From assembly GCA_051819685.1 (NCBI GenBank), contig JBNJGI010000003.1, positions 1-59,150 on the forward strand: a stretch of 59,150 bases of DNA, written 5' to 3'. Within the stretch, counting starts at the first letter, position 1. The number at the start of each line of letters is the position of its first letter. This DNA comes from Nanobdellota archaeon (lineage in GTDB: Archaea > Nanobdellota > Nanobdellia > Woesearchaeales > DATGWN01). Position numbers and translations under genes: made by a program. Of this stretch, positions 19,774 through 27,792 are shown in pieces. The notes under the pieces were generated by a model. It was not told the origin of the DNA. It worked only from the letters and a program-made list of their open reading frames with translations, and did not search any database.

Positions 19774-21221
19774 TTTAATTCTTGTATGGCTTTTTCAGCT
19801 TGTTCTTTGTTTGGTGCTTTTCCATGCCAATGATAATCATTTTCCATGAATGATACTCCTTTTCCTGGTATTGTGTTTGCAATTATTGCTTTTGGTTTTT
19901 TATGTTGTTTTTTTATTGTTTTTATGAATTCTTTTATGTTGTTTCCATCACATTCAGATACATCTAAGCCAAAGGATTCTAATTTGTTTTTTAAGTTATT
20001 TAATGGCATTATTTGTTTTGTGTTTCCATCTAATTGTATTTTGTTTCTGTCTATTATTATTGTTAAATTTGAAAGATTTTCTTTGTTTGCTAACATGAAT
20101 GCTTCCCAACATTGTCCTTCGTCTAGTTCACCGTCACCACAGATTGCATACACTTTGTTCGGTTTTTGTTCTCTTTTTAATACAATTGCAACTCCGACTG
20201 CCATCGATAGTCCTTCAGCTAAAGGCCCTCCTGAGTTTTCAATTCCTCGTATTATGTTATGAGGGTGTCCTTGTAACAAAGAATCTATTTTCCTTAGTTT
20301 TTGTAGTTCTTTTTTTGGAAAGTATCCTGTTTCTGCCAGTGTTGCGTATAGTATGGGACAAACGTGTCCGTTCGATAAGAATAAATAATCTCTTTCTGTC
20401 CATTTTGGGTTTTCAGGATTGTGTTTTAATATGCGAAAGTAGAGTGTTGTGAGGATGTCAGCTAATCCTAAGGGTCCTGCTGTGTGCCCACTTCCTGCTT
20501 TTTCTAGCATTTTTATAACTTCTATTCTTAATTTTCTAGATTTTTTTTCAAGTTCTTTTTCACTTAATCCTGGATTGATAGATTTTCTCATAATTTCAAG
20601 GTTTTTTACAGGATTGCTATATATGAATGAGCCTGAATTGATTGCATCGCAACCTTTTTTGGCTAGTCTTTTCGCAATTGATGGTTTGACTCCTCCATCT
20701 GCTTGTATGTGTATTCCAGAATATTGATTTTTTATGTTTTTAATTTTTTTTAGAGTATTTTCTTCAAATTCCTGTCTTTCTTTTCCAGGGTGTACTCCCA
20801 TTAGAAGAATTTCTGTTTTTTCTTGATATATTGTTTCTAATACTTTATTGCTTATTTTGGTTTCAGGGTTAAATGCTATTGTAGGTATTAATTTGTTTTG
20901 TTTTATTGTTTTTATTGCTTCTTCTAAGTTTTTTATTGTTTCGTAATGTATTATTATTTTTTTGAATCCTTTTTGTTTTAGTTTTTTTATTTCCTTTAAG
21001 GGTTCTTTTATCATTAAGTGTGCTTCGTAGTTATGATTTTTATCAAGGTGAGGTATATTTTTGACTTCGATTGATTTTTTAGAAACAAATTTTCCATCCA
21101 TTATATCAATTTGAATGTTTTTTGTGATTTTTTTGAGTATTCCTAATCTTTTTGCGAATGCTTGTGAGTCTTTTTTTATTTGATCTTGTGTTACAAAGAC
21201 TGTTGGTATTACTTTTTTCAT
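19761..21221 (-). CDS. Fusion protein: ribulose-phosphate 3-epimerase-like domain (aa ~1-215) plus transketolase N-terminal (TPP-binding) subunit
   Basis: RPE motifs: IDIMDGKFV, AHLM, AFNPET, LLMGVHPGKERQEF, IQADGGV. These are followed by GSGHTAGPLGLADIL...GDGELDEGQCWEA of the transketolase N-terminus. Confidence 0.8.
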   Translation of the reverse strand: MKKVIPTVFVTQDQIKKDSQAFAKRLGILKKITKNIQIDIMDGKFVSKKSIEVKNIPHLDKNHNYEAHLMIKEPLKEIKKLKQKGFKKIIIHYETIKNLEEAIKTIKQNKLIPTIAFNPETKISNKVLETIYQEKTEILLMGVHPGKERQEFEENTLKKIKNIKNQYSGIHIQADGGVKPSIAKRLAKKGCDAINSGSFIYSNPVKNLEIMRKSINPGLSEKELEKKSRKLRIEVIKMLEKAGSGHTAGPLGLADILTTLYFRILKHNPENPKWTERDYLFLSNGHVCPILYATLAETGYFPKKELQKLRKIDSLLQGHPHNIIRGIENSGGPLAEGLSMAVGVAIVLKREQKPNKVYAICGDGELDEGQCWEAFMLANKENLSNLTIIIDRNKIQLDGNTKQIMPLNNLKNKLESFGLDVSECDGNNIKEFIKTIKKQHKKPKAIIANTIPGKGVSFMENDYHWHGKAPNKEQAEKAIQELKWKA

Positions 21222-21292
21222 TATTTTTTATTTGTTTGTATTGTTATTTTTAAATTTATGGATGAATGATTGTTCGATATGATGGATGATTT

Positions 21293-21724
21293 TCATTTCT
21301 CCATTCCTTTTATTTGTTTGTTTCTTCTTGAGTATCTTGACTTTTTGCTGAATTTTGTGTTCATCCATGCTTCAAGAATTTGTTTTATTTTGTTTGTTTT
21401 AAGACTTCCTTTGAAGGTTATTATGTTAGCATTGTTGTGCTTTTTTGCCATTTCTGCTTCTTGTTCATTGTTTATTTTTGCAGCTCTTATTCCTTTTATT
21501 TTATTTGCTGCTATTGACATTCCTATTCCTGAAGTGCATATTAGTATTCCTTTTGAATTGGTTTTGCTTACTTGTTTTGCAATTTTTTCGGCAATTATCG
21601 GAAAGTCTGATGGTTGTTTTGTTTGTATTCCTAAGTCTTTGTATTTTAAGTGTTTTTTTTCAAGAATTTGTTTTAGTCTTTCTTTGGCGTCAAATCCCCC
21701 ATGATCAGATCCTATATATAACAT
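21293..21724 (-). CDS. rpiB: Ribose-5-phosphate isomerase B
   Basis: MLYIGSDHGGFDAKE..., ICTSGIGMSIAANK. 143 aa. Confidence 0.9.
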   Translation of the reverse strand: MLYIGSDHGGFDAKERLKQILEKKHLKYKDLGIQTKQPSDFPIIAEKIAKQVSKTNSKGILICTSGIGMSIAANKIKGIRAAKINNEQEAEMAKKHNNANIITFKGSLKTNKIKQILEAWMNTKFSKKSRYSRRNKQIKGMEK

Positions 21725-21768
21725 GATTTTTTATTTGTTTGCTTGTTTTTAAATTTATCTTAAAAAAT

Positions 21769-22006
21769 CCACATCAAAAAATGAGTGATATTGCGAACAA
21801 CTATTCAATAAACTGTTCCGGCACGCTGTCAAGGAAAACCTTTCGGCGGTTTCAACAAGTAGAAACTTTTAGTGCGGCATAGTCACTTTGTTCCTAGCCT
21901 TAAACAAGTTTAAGGAAAGTAGGAGGGTATAAAACCCCCCGAACAAGTCAGTTTGTAAAGGCAAATTATTTTGTCCGGGTGAACTTGATTGAATTTATTT
22001 GTTTTA
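21769..22006 (+). mobile_element. MITE-A copy A1: left TIR intact, interrupted by a 157-bp insertion, right half truncated
   Basis: The left end ...CCACATCAAAAAATGAGTGATATTGCGAACAA matches the A consensus. CCGGGTGAACTTGATTGAATTT resumes the consensus after the insertion. Confidence 0.7.
21822..21978. other. Unique GC-rich ~157-bp insertion inside MITE-A1; candidate structured ncRNA or nested element
   Basis: Flanked by direct TCCGG (21817-21821 / 21974-21978). Much more GC-rich than its surroundings. Contains the hairpin CCTTAAAC-AA-GTTTAAGG (21898-21915) and three AACAAGT motifs. Confidence 0.4.
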
Positions 22007-22178
22007 TTTCTTTTTCGGTTAATTCAACTATTCCAGATGAATTTTTACCTTTATAGAAAATTTGAACTGATTTTTCATTGGTTTCAGGGTTCTTTTTTAA
22101 AGAGAGTTCTTTTATTTGAGTTCCTTTTGAGTACTTTTTGTCAAATAATAGTCCTATATTCTTAAATTTAAGTTTCAT
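21966..22178 (-). CDS. Hypothetical 70-aa protein; C-terminal ~11 codons and stop lie in MITE-A1/insertion sequence
   Basis: ORF track. The last residues QINSIKFTRTK* are encoded by 21966-22001, which is repeat-derived. Confidence 0.4.
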   Translation of the reverse strand: MKLKFKNIGLLFDKKYSKGTQIKELSLKKNPETNEKSVQIFYKGKNSSGIVELTEKEIKQINSIKFTRTK

Positions 22179-22245
22179 AGAAAGTGTAATTTTTGTTAGT
22201 TTTTAAATGTTACTACTTTTTTGTAATTAACTGTTAATAATTCCA

Positions 22246-22353
22246 CTATTCTTCAGTTTCTTCCCATTCATTTAATTCTTTTCTAGATTGCTCTCCATAT
22301 TTTTTAGCATATTCTTTTAGAAGCAAGTCTTCTTTATTTTTTTTTGAAATCAT
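22246..22353 (-). CDS. Possible 35-aa small protein (MISKKNKEDLLLKEYAKKYGEQSRKELNEWEETEE)
   Basis: Below the ORF-track size cut-off. ATG lies 5 bp after the stop of the upstream membrane-protein gene, on the same strand. Confidence 0.25.
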   Translation of the reverse strand: MISKKNKEDLLLKEYAKKYGEQSRKELNEWEETEE

Positions 22354-22358
22354 AGTAA

Positions 22359-23099
22359 TTAAGCACATTCTATTGCTTTAACTCTTATTAATGATATGGA
22401 TAAAAGGAATATAAACCAATACCATATAATCTGGAATATATTGTTCGCTATAAAATTGAATAATAATAATTGGATAGCATACAGGACAGCTACAATTATG
22501 GTTATCATCAAGATGTGTTTTCCAATTTGATTTTTATTTTTCTTTATTTTATTGAAAATTTTTTCGTAGGATTTCAAAAGTTTTTTTTCATGGAATCCTG
22601 ATGCATGATACATTGTTATGAAATAAAAGAATTTTATAAATATCACACTAAGTATTATTTGATGTATGTATAAAATAAATATATTTTGAGGGAATATGCT
22701 GAAAATTAAATTGATAATTCCTGTAGTTATGAGAAGGATTATTATCAAAGGTATGTATACAAGGAATATTCCTGCCCAGATTGTTCTCTGCACTTTATCT
22801 ATTTTTTTCTGAGTTATCAGTTTATATATATATTTTCTTGAATAAACGAATATGAAGTATATCAAGACCAAAGCTATTATTGTAGCCAATATCATTTGTA
22901 TACTGCTTATAAGCATTATGTTTTCTTTCGGTAATTTGCTTGGATCCTGTAATAATTCTGCCTGGCTGAAATCTTTTATGAATTTGTATGCTTTAGTCGA
23001 TTTTATTAAAAGATTGTGAAGGTATAATATCAATGCAGATAAAGCTACTGCTATGGCATCAATACCCATCCCGATAAGAGTTTTTTTATAAGTCATCAT
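22359..23099 (-). CDS. Polytopic membrane protein, unknown function
   Basis: 246 aa with ~6 hydrophobic helices. 14-bp overlap with the upstream secreted-protein gene. Confidence 0.6.
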   Translation of the reverse strand: MMTYKKTLIGMGIDAIAVALSALILYLHNLLIKSTKAYKFIKDFSQAELLQDPSKLPKENIMLISSIQMILATIIALVLIYFIFVYSRKYIYKLITQKKIDKVQRTIWAGIFLVYIPLIIILLITTGIINLIFSIFPQNIFILYIHQIILSVIFIKFFYFITMYHASGFHEKKLLKSYEKIFNKIKKNKNQIGKHILMITIIVAVLYAIQLLLFNFIANNIFQIIWYWFIFLLSISLIRVKAIECA

Positions 23100-25104
23100 T
23101 CAACTGTACTGAATTTCCTTGTTGTTGTTGTTCCTGATTTTCTTCCAGAGTATTTTCTGAAACTTTGAAAGGTGTAGGAGATTGTTCTTCGTTGACAATT
23201 ATATTACATACTTCATCAGTTTCGAGTCCTTTCGGTGATCCCTGAAATCTTATACATACTTTGTCATATTTTTCTTTGCTGTAGAAAGTTATCATGTTTC
23301 TTTTGGAATATGTTTCAGTTTCTCCTCCTGCTACTTTTCTTGTGCCTGACCATATAGGTTTGTTCTGGGATCCTAATACATATACATTGTATTTCCATTC
23401 TGGCAAGGGTTCTTCATCCGCATAAGGGTTAGTTATGGAATAGGTTAGTTTGTAAAGGAATTTTGTTTTCTTTTCTCCTGTTGTTTCGTTTATGACTTCT
23501 GTCTGATGTGATATTTTTCCTTGTATTGTAGCTCCTATTGATTCTGTTCCTGAAGGGAGTGTCACGAATGCTACTGATCCTCCTTGTGCTAGTGGTGTTT
23601 CCTGTACTGAATCGCACATTGCTGATTCTATAACTTTTCCAAGATAAAGGCCTTCCATTTGTTTCTGGTATTCTCTTTTTTTTTCTGCTAGTTCTTCTTC
23701 TCCTATGAATAATGCGGATGCGCCTTCATATTCTGAAAATGTGTTCATTATATTTAATGTATAATCAAGTCCAATTGATAATCCCCCCCCAAAAAGATCT
23801 TCTCCTCCTATGTTATATTTATTTCTTCTTGCTGTTTTATAATCTTCTTGCGCTTCTTTTATCGCTTTCTTTTTTGCAGCTTTAAGATTTTCTATTTGAT
23901 CTTCATTTAAATTAGAAGCTTTTTCTTTTAATTTTCCAGCATTGGAATTTTTCTCAAGGTTTTTTATTTTATCTTCATCCTTAACCTTTTTGAAATCACG
24001 ACTTATTACTTCATCTCCTTCTTTCTCTTCATGCAGTTTGTAATAACCATCTTCCGTAGCGTGATAAATATCAGAACCATGTTCAAAAGTGTAACCAAAT
24101 TTATTTGAACCACCAAAGCCCCCAAGCCCATCCACAAAAACTATGTCTATAGTATCTTCATTATCGATTTTGGATAATTCATCAAAATCAAAGTTATTAG
24201 AATAGAAATTTTCATCAATATGAGTTATTCCATTTTCATCAGTGTGAATAGCATATTTATTATCACCATCAGTAATAATCCTTGCTTCACGACCTTGTTG
24301 ATCAAAAATTTTTGTAGAAGTTTCATCCTTATTTTTATGAACTACTTTTGAATAATCATCTTCACGAATTATTTCAGTAGTTGAACCATCTACATTCGTA
24401 ATAGTCCACTCTTCATTACCATCATCTTCACCAGAATTTTGTTCAATCTGAATTCCATGTATTGATTCGGCTGAAATCTGAAAATCCCTAGCATCATCAT
24501 TACCATTTTCTTTAATCTGAATATTTCCTCCACCCATTATGGGAGCCCCCGTTTCTTCAGCCAAATTTTGTAATTCATAATAACTTTTCGCTTCATCTTT
24601 CAAGCTACCCATTTCATTTTCTGTAAATCCTGATAAGTAATCATCCTCGCCTTCAGCAAATTCCATTGAATAAGTTTCATAATTACCATCATTATTTTCC
24701 CTTATATTAACTTCACCATCATCAGTTATTTCTGTGAATTCTCCTGTTTTAGTATTTTTTTCTAATAAGGTTTTATCTGATATAGTTTTTCTTATAATTT
24801 TTTCTCCACTAACAGTTAAGTAAGTTCCATCACCTAAATTCAAATCTCCTCCCATACTCATTTCAAATTTATTATCTAGATCTCCAGAAAATTGCATTTC
24901 TCCTATTTCAGTATTTTGAATCTTCTCAGCTAATTGTGTCCCCGAGATATCAAATTGCTTAACACTTTCCCCACCATCATCACTATCTAAATCAACTGTT
25001 GTTATTACTCCTTCATCACTTATCATTTTCTCAACATCACTACCATTAACTCCACCACAAACTAAAACTGTAATAAAAACAAATATAAACCACTTAAACT
25101 GCAT
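23086..25104 (-). CDS. Large secreted acidic protein, unknown function
   Basis: Start preferred at ATG 25104 (MQFKWFIFVFITVLVCGG signal-like segment), preceded by GGAGGT at 25112-25117. D/E/G/N-rich N-terminal half, K/E-rich middle, Cys-containing beta-rich C-terminal part. Confidence 0.65.
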   Translation of the reverse strand: MQFKWFIFVFITVLVCGGVNGSDVEKMISDEGVITTVDLDSDDGGESVKQFDISGTQLAEKIQNTEIGEMQFSGDLDNKFEMSMGGDLNLGDGTYLTVSGEKIIRKTISDKTLLEKNTKTGEFTEITDDGEVNIRENNDGNYETYSMEFAEGEDDYLSGFTENEMGSLKDEAKSYYELQNLAEETGAPIMGGGNIQIKENGNDDARDFQISAESIHGIQIEQNSGEDDGNEEWTITNVDGSTTEIIREDDYSKVVHKNKDETSTKIFDQQGREARIITDGDNKYAIHTDENGITHIDENFYSNNFDFDELSKIDNEDTIDIVFVDGLGGFGGSNKFGYTFEHGSDIYHATEDGYYKLHEEKEGDEVISRDFKKVKDEDKIKNLEKNSNAGKLKEKASNLNEDQIENLKAAKKKAIKEAQEDYKTARRNKYNIGGEDLFGGGLSIGLDYTLNIMNTFSEYEGASALFIGEEELAEKKREYQKQMEGLYLGKVIESAMCDSVQETPLAQGGSVAFVTLPSGTESIGATIQGKISHQTEVINETTGEKKTKFLYKLTYSITNPYADEEPLPEWKYNVYVLGSQNKPIWSGTRKVAGGETETYSKRNMITFYSKEKYDKVCIRFQGSPKGLETDEVCNIIVNEEQSPTPFKVSENTLEENQEQQQQGNSVQLNDDL

Positions 25105-25170
25105 CCTTATAACCTCCAACTAACAAAATCATTATGAACATACTTATTTCAAATGTTATTAAATTGCTTC

Positions 25171-25431
25171 TCATTCGTAAACTCTACCTCTGTGTGTTTT
25201 ATATCCACTACTTGATATATGTAATCTGGAACGAGGGCTAAATTCTAACTTCTCACAGTACCCTACCTTACTGGAAAGGAAGAATAAAAATATGAAAAGA
25301 AGAATGAATGTAATCAATGTGTGGGTTTTAATGGAGTTTCTTTTCAAGGTCTCACCTTTTGTAATGGTTGATATTAAATCTATCTTCTTATTTTTAAATG
25401 TTTGGATTGAATATTCAAAAATATTATTCAC
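25171..25431 (-). CDS. Doubtful 86-aa ORF with one hydrophobic segment
   Basis: ORF track only. Its 3' third lies in an atypically GC-rich patch with a non-typical amino-acid composition. Confidence 0.25.
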   Translation of the reverse strand: MNNIFEYSIQTFKNKKIDLISTITKGETLKRNSIKTHTLITFILLFIFLFFLSSKVGYCEKLEFSPRSRLHISSSGYKTHRGRVYE

Positions 25432-25519
25432 TTACCACTACATAACTCACTTTAATAAGATTATAATAACTTACCAAAAACAAAACAATTTAAATACTTT
25501 TTATTTAAGAAATTACTTT

Positions 25520-26149
25520 ATGAATAAAGAAAGTTTTGGAAAAGAATACTTTTTAAAAAGAGCGAAAAAAGGATACAATCACCTTATAGAATATGTTCCT
25601 TCAGTTATTTTACCTAGAACAAATGCGATAATAAATGAACTTAATTTACCAAAAAAATCAAAGGTTCTTGACTTTGGGTGTGCAAAAGGTTTTTACATTA
25701 AAGGATTTATTGAAGAAGGAATGTATGCATTCGGTTATGATATATCTCCAGAAGTAATTAAAGAAGCAAATGATTTTCTTCAAAAAAAAATTACTTTTAG
25801 CGATTTCAGTGAAATCAAAAAATTGTCAAATAAATCAAAATTTGATCTTGTAATGACAAAAGATACTCTTGAACACATCAAAGAAGAGAAACAAGAAAAT
25901 ATTCTTAAGAAGTTGAAAGACATAAGTTATAAAGTATTGATAATATTACCTGTTTCTGAGAAACAAGGAATTATGTGCGAAGACATATATAAAGATCCAA
26001 GTCACATAAACATGCATTCTGACAAATATTGGATTAAATTTTTAGAGAGATTTGGAACAGTAAAAGAACTTCATAATTTAAATAAAAAAATTAAAAAAGA
26101 ATATTCAACTATTTGTTGCACTTTTCTTGTAGAATTTAAAAATAGTTAA
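25520..26149 (+). CDS. Class I SAM-dependent methyltransferase
   Basis: Motif I is VLDFGCAKGFY. Start moved to the in-frame ATG 25520 (MNKESFGKEYF) because the upstream extension of the track ORF is hydrophobic junk. Confidence 0.65.
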   Translation: MNKESFGKEYFLKRAKKGYNHLIEYVPSVILPRTNAIINELNLPKKSKVLDFGCAKGFYIKGFIEEGMYAFGYDISPEVIKEANDFLQKKITFSDFSEIKKLSNKSKFDLVMTKDTLEHIKEEKQENILKKLKDISYKVLIILPVSEKQGIMCEDIYKDPSHINMHSDKYWIKFLERFGTVKELHNLNKKIKKEYSTICCTFLVEFKNS

Positions 26150-26187
26150 TAAATATACTAATTGTTTTATAACTTAAAATTTATTTT

Positions 26188-26215
26188 AAGCAATATCATA
26201 ATCATTTCATGTGCC
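26188..26215 (+). mobile_element. MITE-A relic A10 (degenerate solo right TIR)
   Basis: AAGCAATATCATAATCATTTCATGTGCC resembles the right TIR AAGGCAATATTATCACTCATTTTGTTGCATGTGCC. It ends 45 bp before ATG 26261. Confidence 0.4.
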
Positions 26216-26260
26216 AAAAAAAGTTAATATTTATAAATATCCTAATATAAAGAAATATTA

Positions 26261-26935
26261 ATGGATCCAATTGCAATCACTACAATTACAGAAATGATAA
26301 ATTATGTTCTTGAAATTACTGGTATTATAAAAAAATTAAGAGATAAATTATCTTCGAATGTCAGCCAATTAAGAAAAGAAATTAAGAATTGTGAAGATAA
26401 AGATGAAAAAAAATTACTTGAAAAGAAATTAAGAATCGAAAAATTACAAAGAGATATCATGAATAATGCTAAATCTGTATTAAAAAATCTTGAGAATTCT
26501 TTAAACAAAAATAAAAATATCCCGCAAAGAGGAAAACAAATATTAGAACTATTAAAAGAATTAAGAGATTGCATTTCAGACCTAAGAAAAATAATTTTTC
26601 AAAATATAGAACAAGAAAAATTAATAGGAGAATTAGAAGGAAAGGAAAGACGGGCAAAAAAAGCTAAACAACCAGAAAAAGCAAAAAAAATCAGACAAAA
26701 AATATATGAATTGGAAAATGCAGAAGTATCGGAAGATGATGAAGAAATAAGCGATGCAGAAACTGCAACTATAATATTAACAAAAATTATTGAAGGTTTA
26801 AATAATATTCCGGGAAAAAAACCTAAAAAATTAACAAATTTATTAATTGATTTCAAAGAAATTGCTAACTCCTCCGGAAGATTAAAAGTTATAGATAAAA
26901 AAAGAAGCATTGAAGAAATAAAAAAAGCAGCGTGA
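26261..26935 (+). CDS. K/E-rich coiled-coil protein, unknown function
   Basis: 224 aa with heptad-like K/E/L-rich sequence. No recognisable catalytic motif. Confidence 0.55.
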   Translation: MDPIAITTITEMINYVLEITGIIKKLRDKLSSNVSQLRKEIKNCEDKDEKKLLEKKLRIEKLQRDIMNNAKSVLKNLENSLNKNKNIPQRGKQILELLKELRDCISDLRKIIFQNIEQEKLIGELEGKERRAKKAKQPEKAKKIRQKIYELENAEVSEDDEEISDAETATIILTKIIEGLNNIPGKKPKKLTNLLIDFKEIANSSGRLKVIDKKRSIEEIKKAA

Positions 26936-26936
26936 T

Positions 26937-27749
26937 TTATTCTATTGAAAATTCTTTTAACACATCCTCTTCCATGAAATGTAGTTTTGAAGGTATAATT
27001 AAAGAATGTAGAGGGCCTCCAAATTTATGTTTCATTACTTTTTTTAAAGTTCCGTAAGCAATTTCCTGCTCATTTGTTCCAAGTCTTGCAGTTCCTATCA
27101 CTTTTGTGTTCTTATCAATTACTTTTTCTTTGTATTTATCTTCAAGATCAAGAAGTTGTTTTAATGCTTTATTTACATCCATAAAACGAGGTTTTAACTT
27201 CTTTTCTATTCCTTTAAGCATATTTTCCCGAGCTGTTTCAGCTATTTTTATATCAAGAAGAATAAGTGTGTGTGCACCTATGCTTTGATTTTCTTTTATA
27301 CAATCATAAACATTTCGGGGCATCCAGTTTTCTTCAAAAAATACCATCGATGTTGTTTTTCCAAACTTATACACTTCAAACCCTATGTTTCCCACAGCGT
27401 TCATTATAGAAGCATTATTTATTATATTTGTCTTAACACCTGACTGCTTAGCCCTTAATAAAAAATCAGAGTGTGTGGTTGCACAAAATACATCTCCTGC
27501 TACTAAAAAAGCCACTTCAAAATCTTTAGCTTTCGATATTATGTCATCAGACCTTTGTTCAACCATTTCTCTTGATGCCAATATGATATTTTTACCATAT
27601 AATTCTTCCATCTTTTCGATTGATGAGAAAGGCATTATTGAAGTATAATGCTCAAGATAAATATAATCGCATTTCTTTATTGTTTCCAATCCTTTAATAG
27701 AAATATCTTTCTCGTCACTTAATCCCAAACCTATCATGTGTAATGTCAT
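26937..27749 (-). CDS. dphB: Diphthine synthase
   Basis: MTLHMIGLGLSDEKDISIKGLETIKKCDYIYLEHYTS is a tetrapyrrole-methylase-fold Dph5 signature. 270 aa. Confidence 0.9.
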   Translation of the reverse strand: MTLHMIGLGLSDEKDISIKGLETIKKCDYIYLEHYTSIMPFSSIEKMEELYGKNIILASREMVEQRSDDIISKAKDFEVAFLVAGDVFCATTHSDFLLRAKQSGVKTNIINNASIMNAVGNIGFEVYKFGKTTSMVFFEENWMPRNVYDCIKENQSIGAHTLILLDIKIAETARENMLKGIEKKLKPRFMDVNKALKQLLDLEDKYKEKVIDKNTKVIGTARLGTNEQEIAYGTLKKVMKHKFGGPLHSLIIPSKLHFMEEDVLKEFSIE

Positions 27750-27792
27750 AATTTTTTATAAATCGTTTTCCTTTATATTTTTAACTAAGAAA

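Noticed and set aside
18987-21726. Antisense ORFs across the transketolase/RPE/rpiB genes: 18987..19328, 19846..20262, 20099..20452, 20449..20727, 21270..21704, 21445..21726.
   Set aside because: The opposite strand encodes unmistakable transketolase, RPE and RpiB motifs. These ORFs are composition artefacts.
23429-23617. 62-aa same-strand, alternative-frame ORF inside the secreted-protein gene.
   Set aside because: It is fully embedded in a longer ORF with coherent composition. It has an Arg/Ser-rich junk translation and no start context.
25433-25460. ACATAACTCACTTTAATAAG, which resembles the inverted MITE-A left arm (ATATAACTCACTTTTGTGATTGTGCC).
   Set aside because: Only a ~12-nt core matches and the GGCACA tip is absent. 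That is too weak to call a relic.
25292-25519. N-terminal 76-aa extension of the methyltransferase ORF given in the track.
   Set aside because: The extension is hydrophobic and low-complexity and overlaps the divergent 86-aa ORF. The methyltransferase fold begins after the internal ATG 25520.
26302-26910. Three minus-strand ORFs (26302..26574, 26469..26657, 26599..26910) opposite the coiled-coil gene. The same applies to 27106..27288 and 27385..27648 opposite dphB, and 30402..30632 opposite ORF 29915.
   Set aside because: They are antisense artefacts of K/E-rich or conserved genes.
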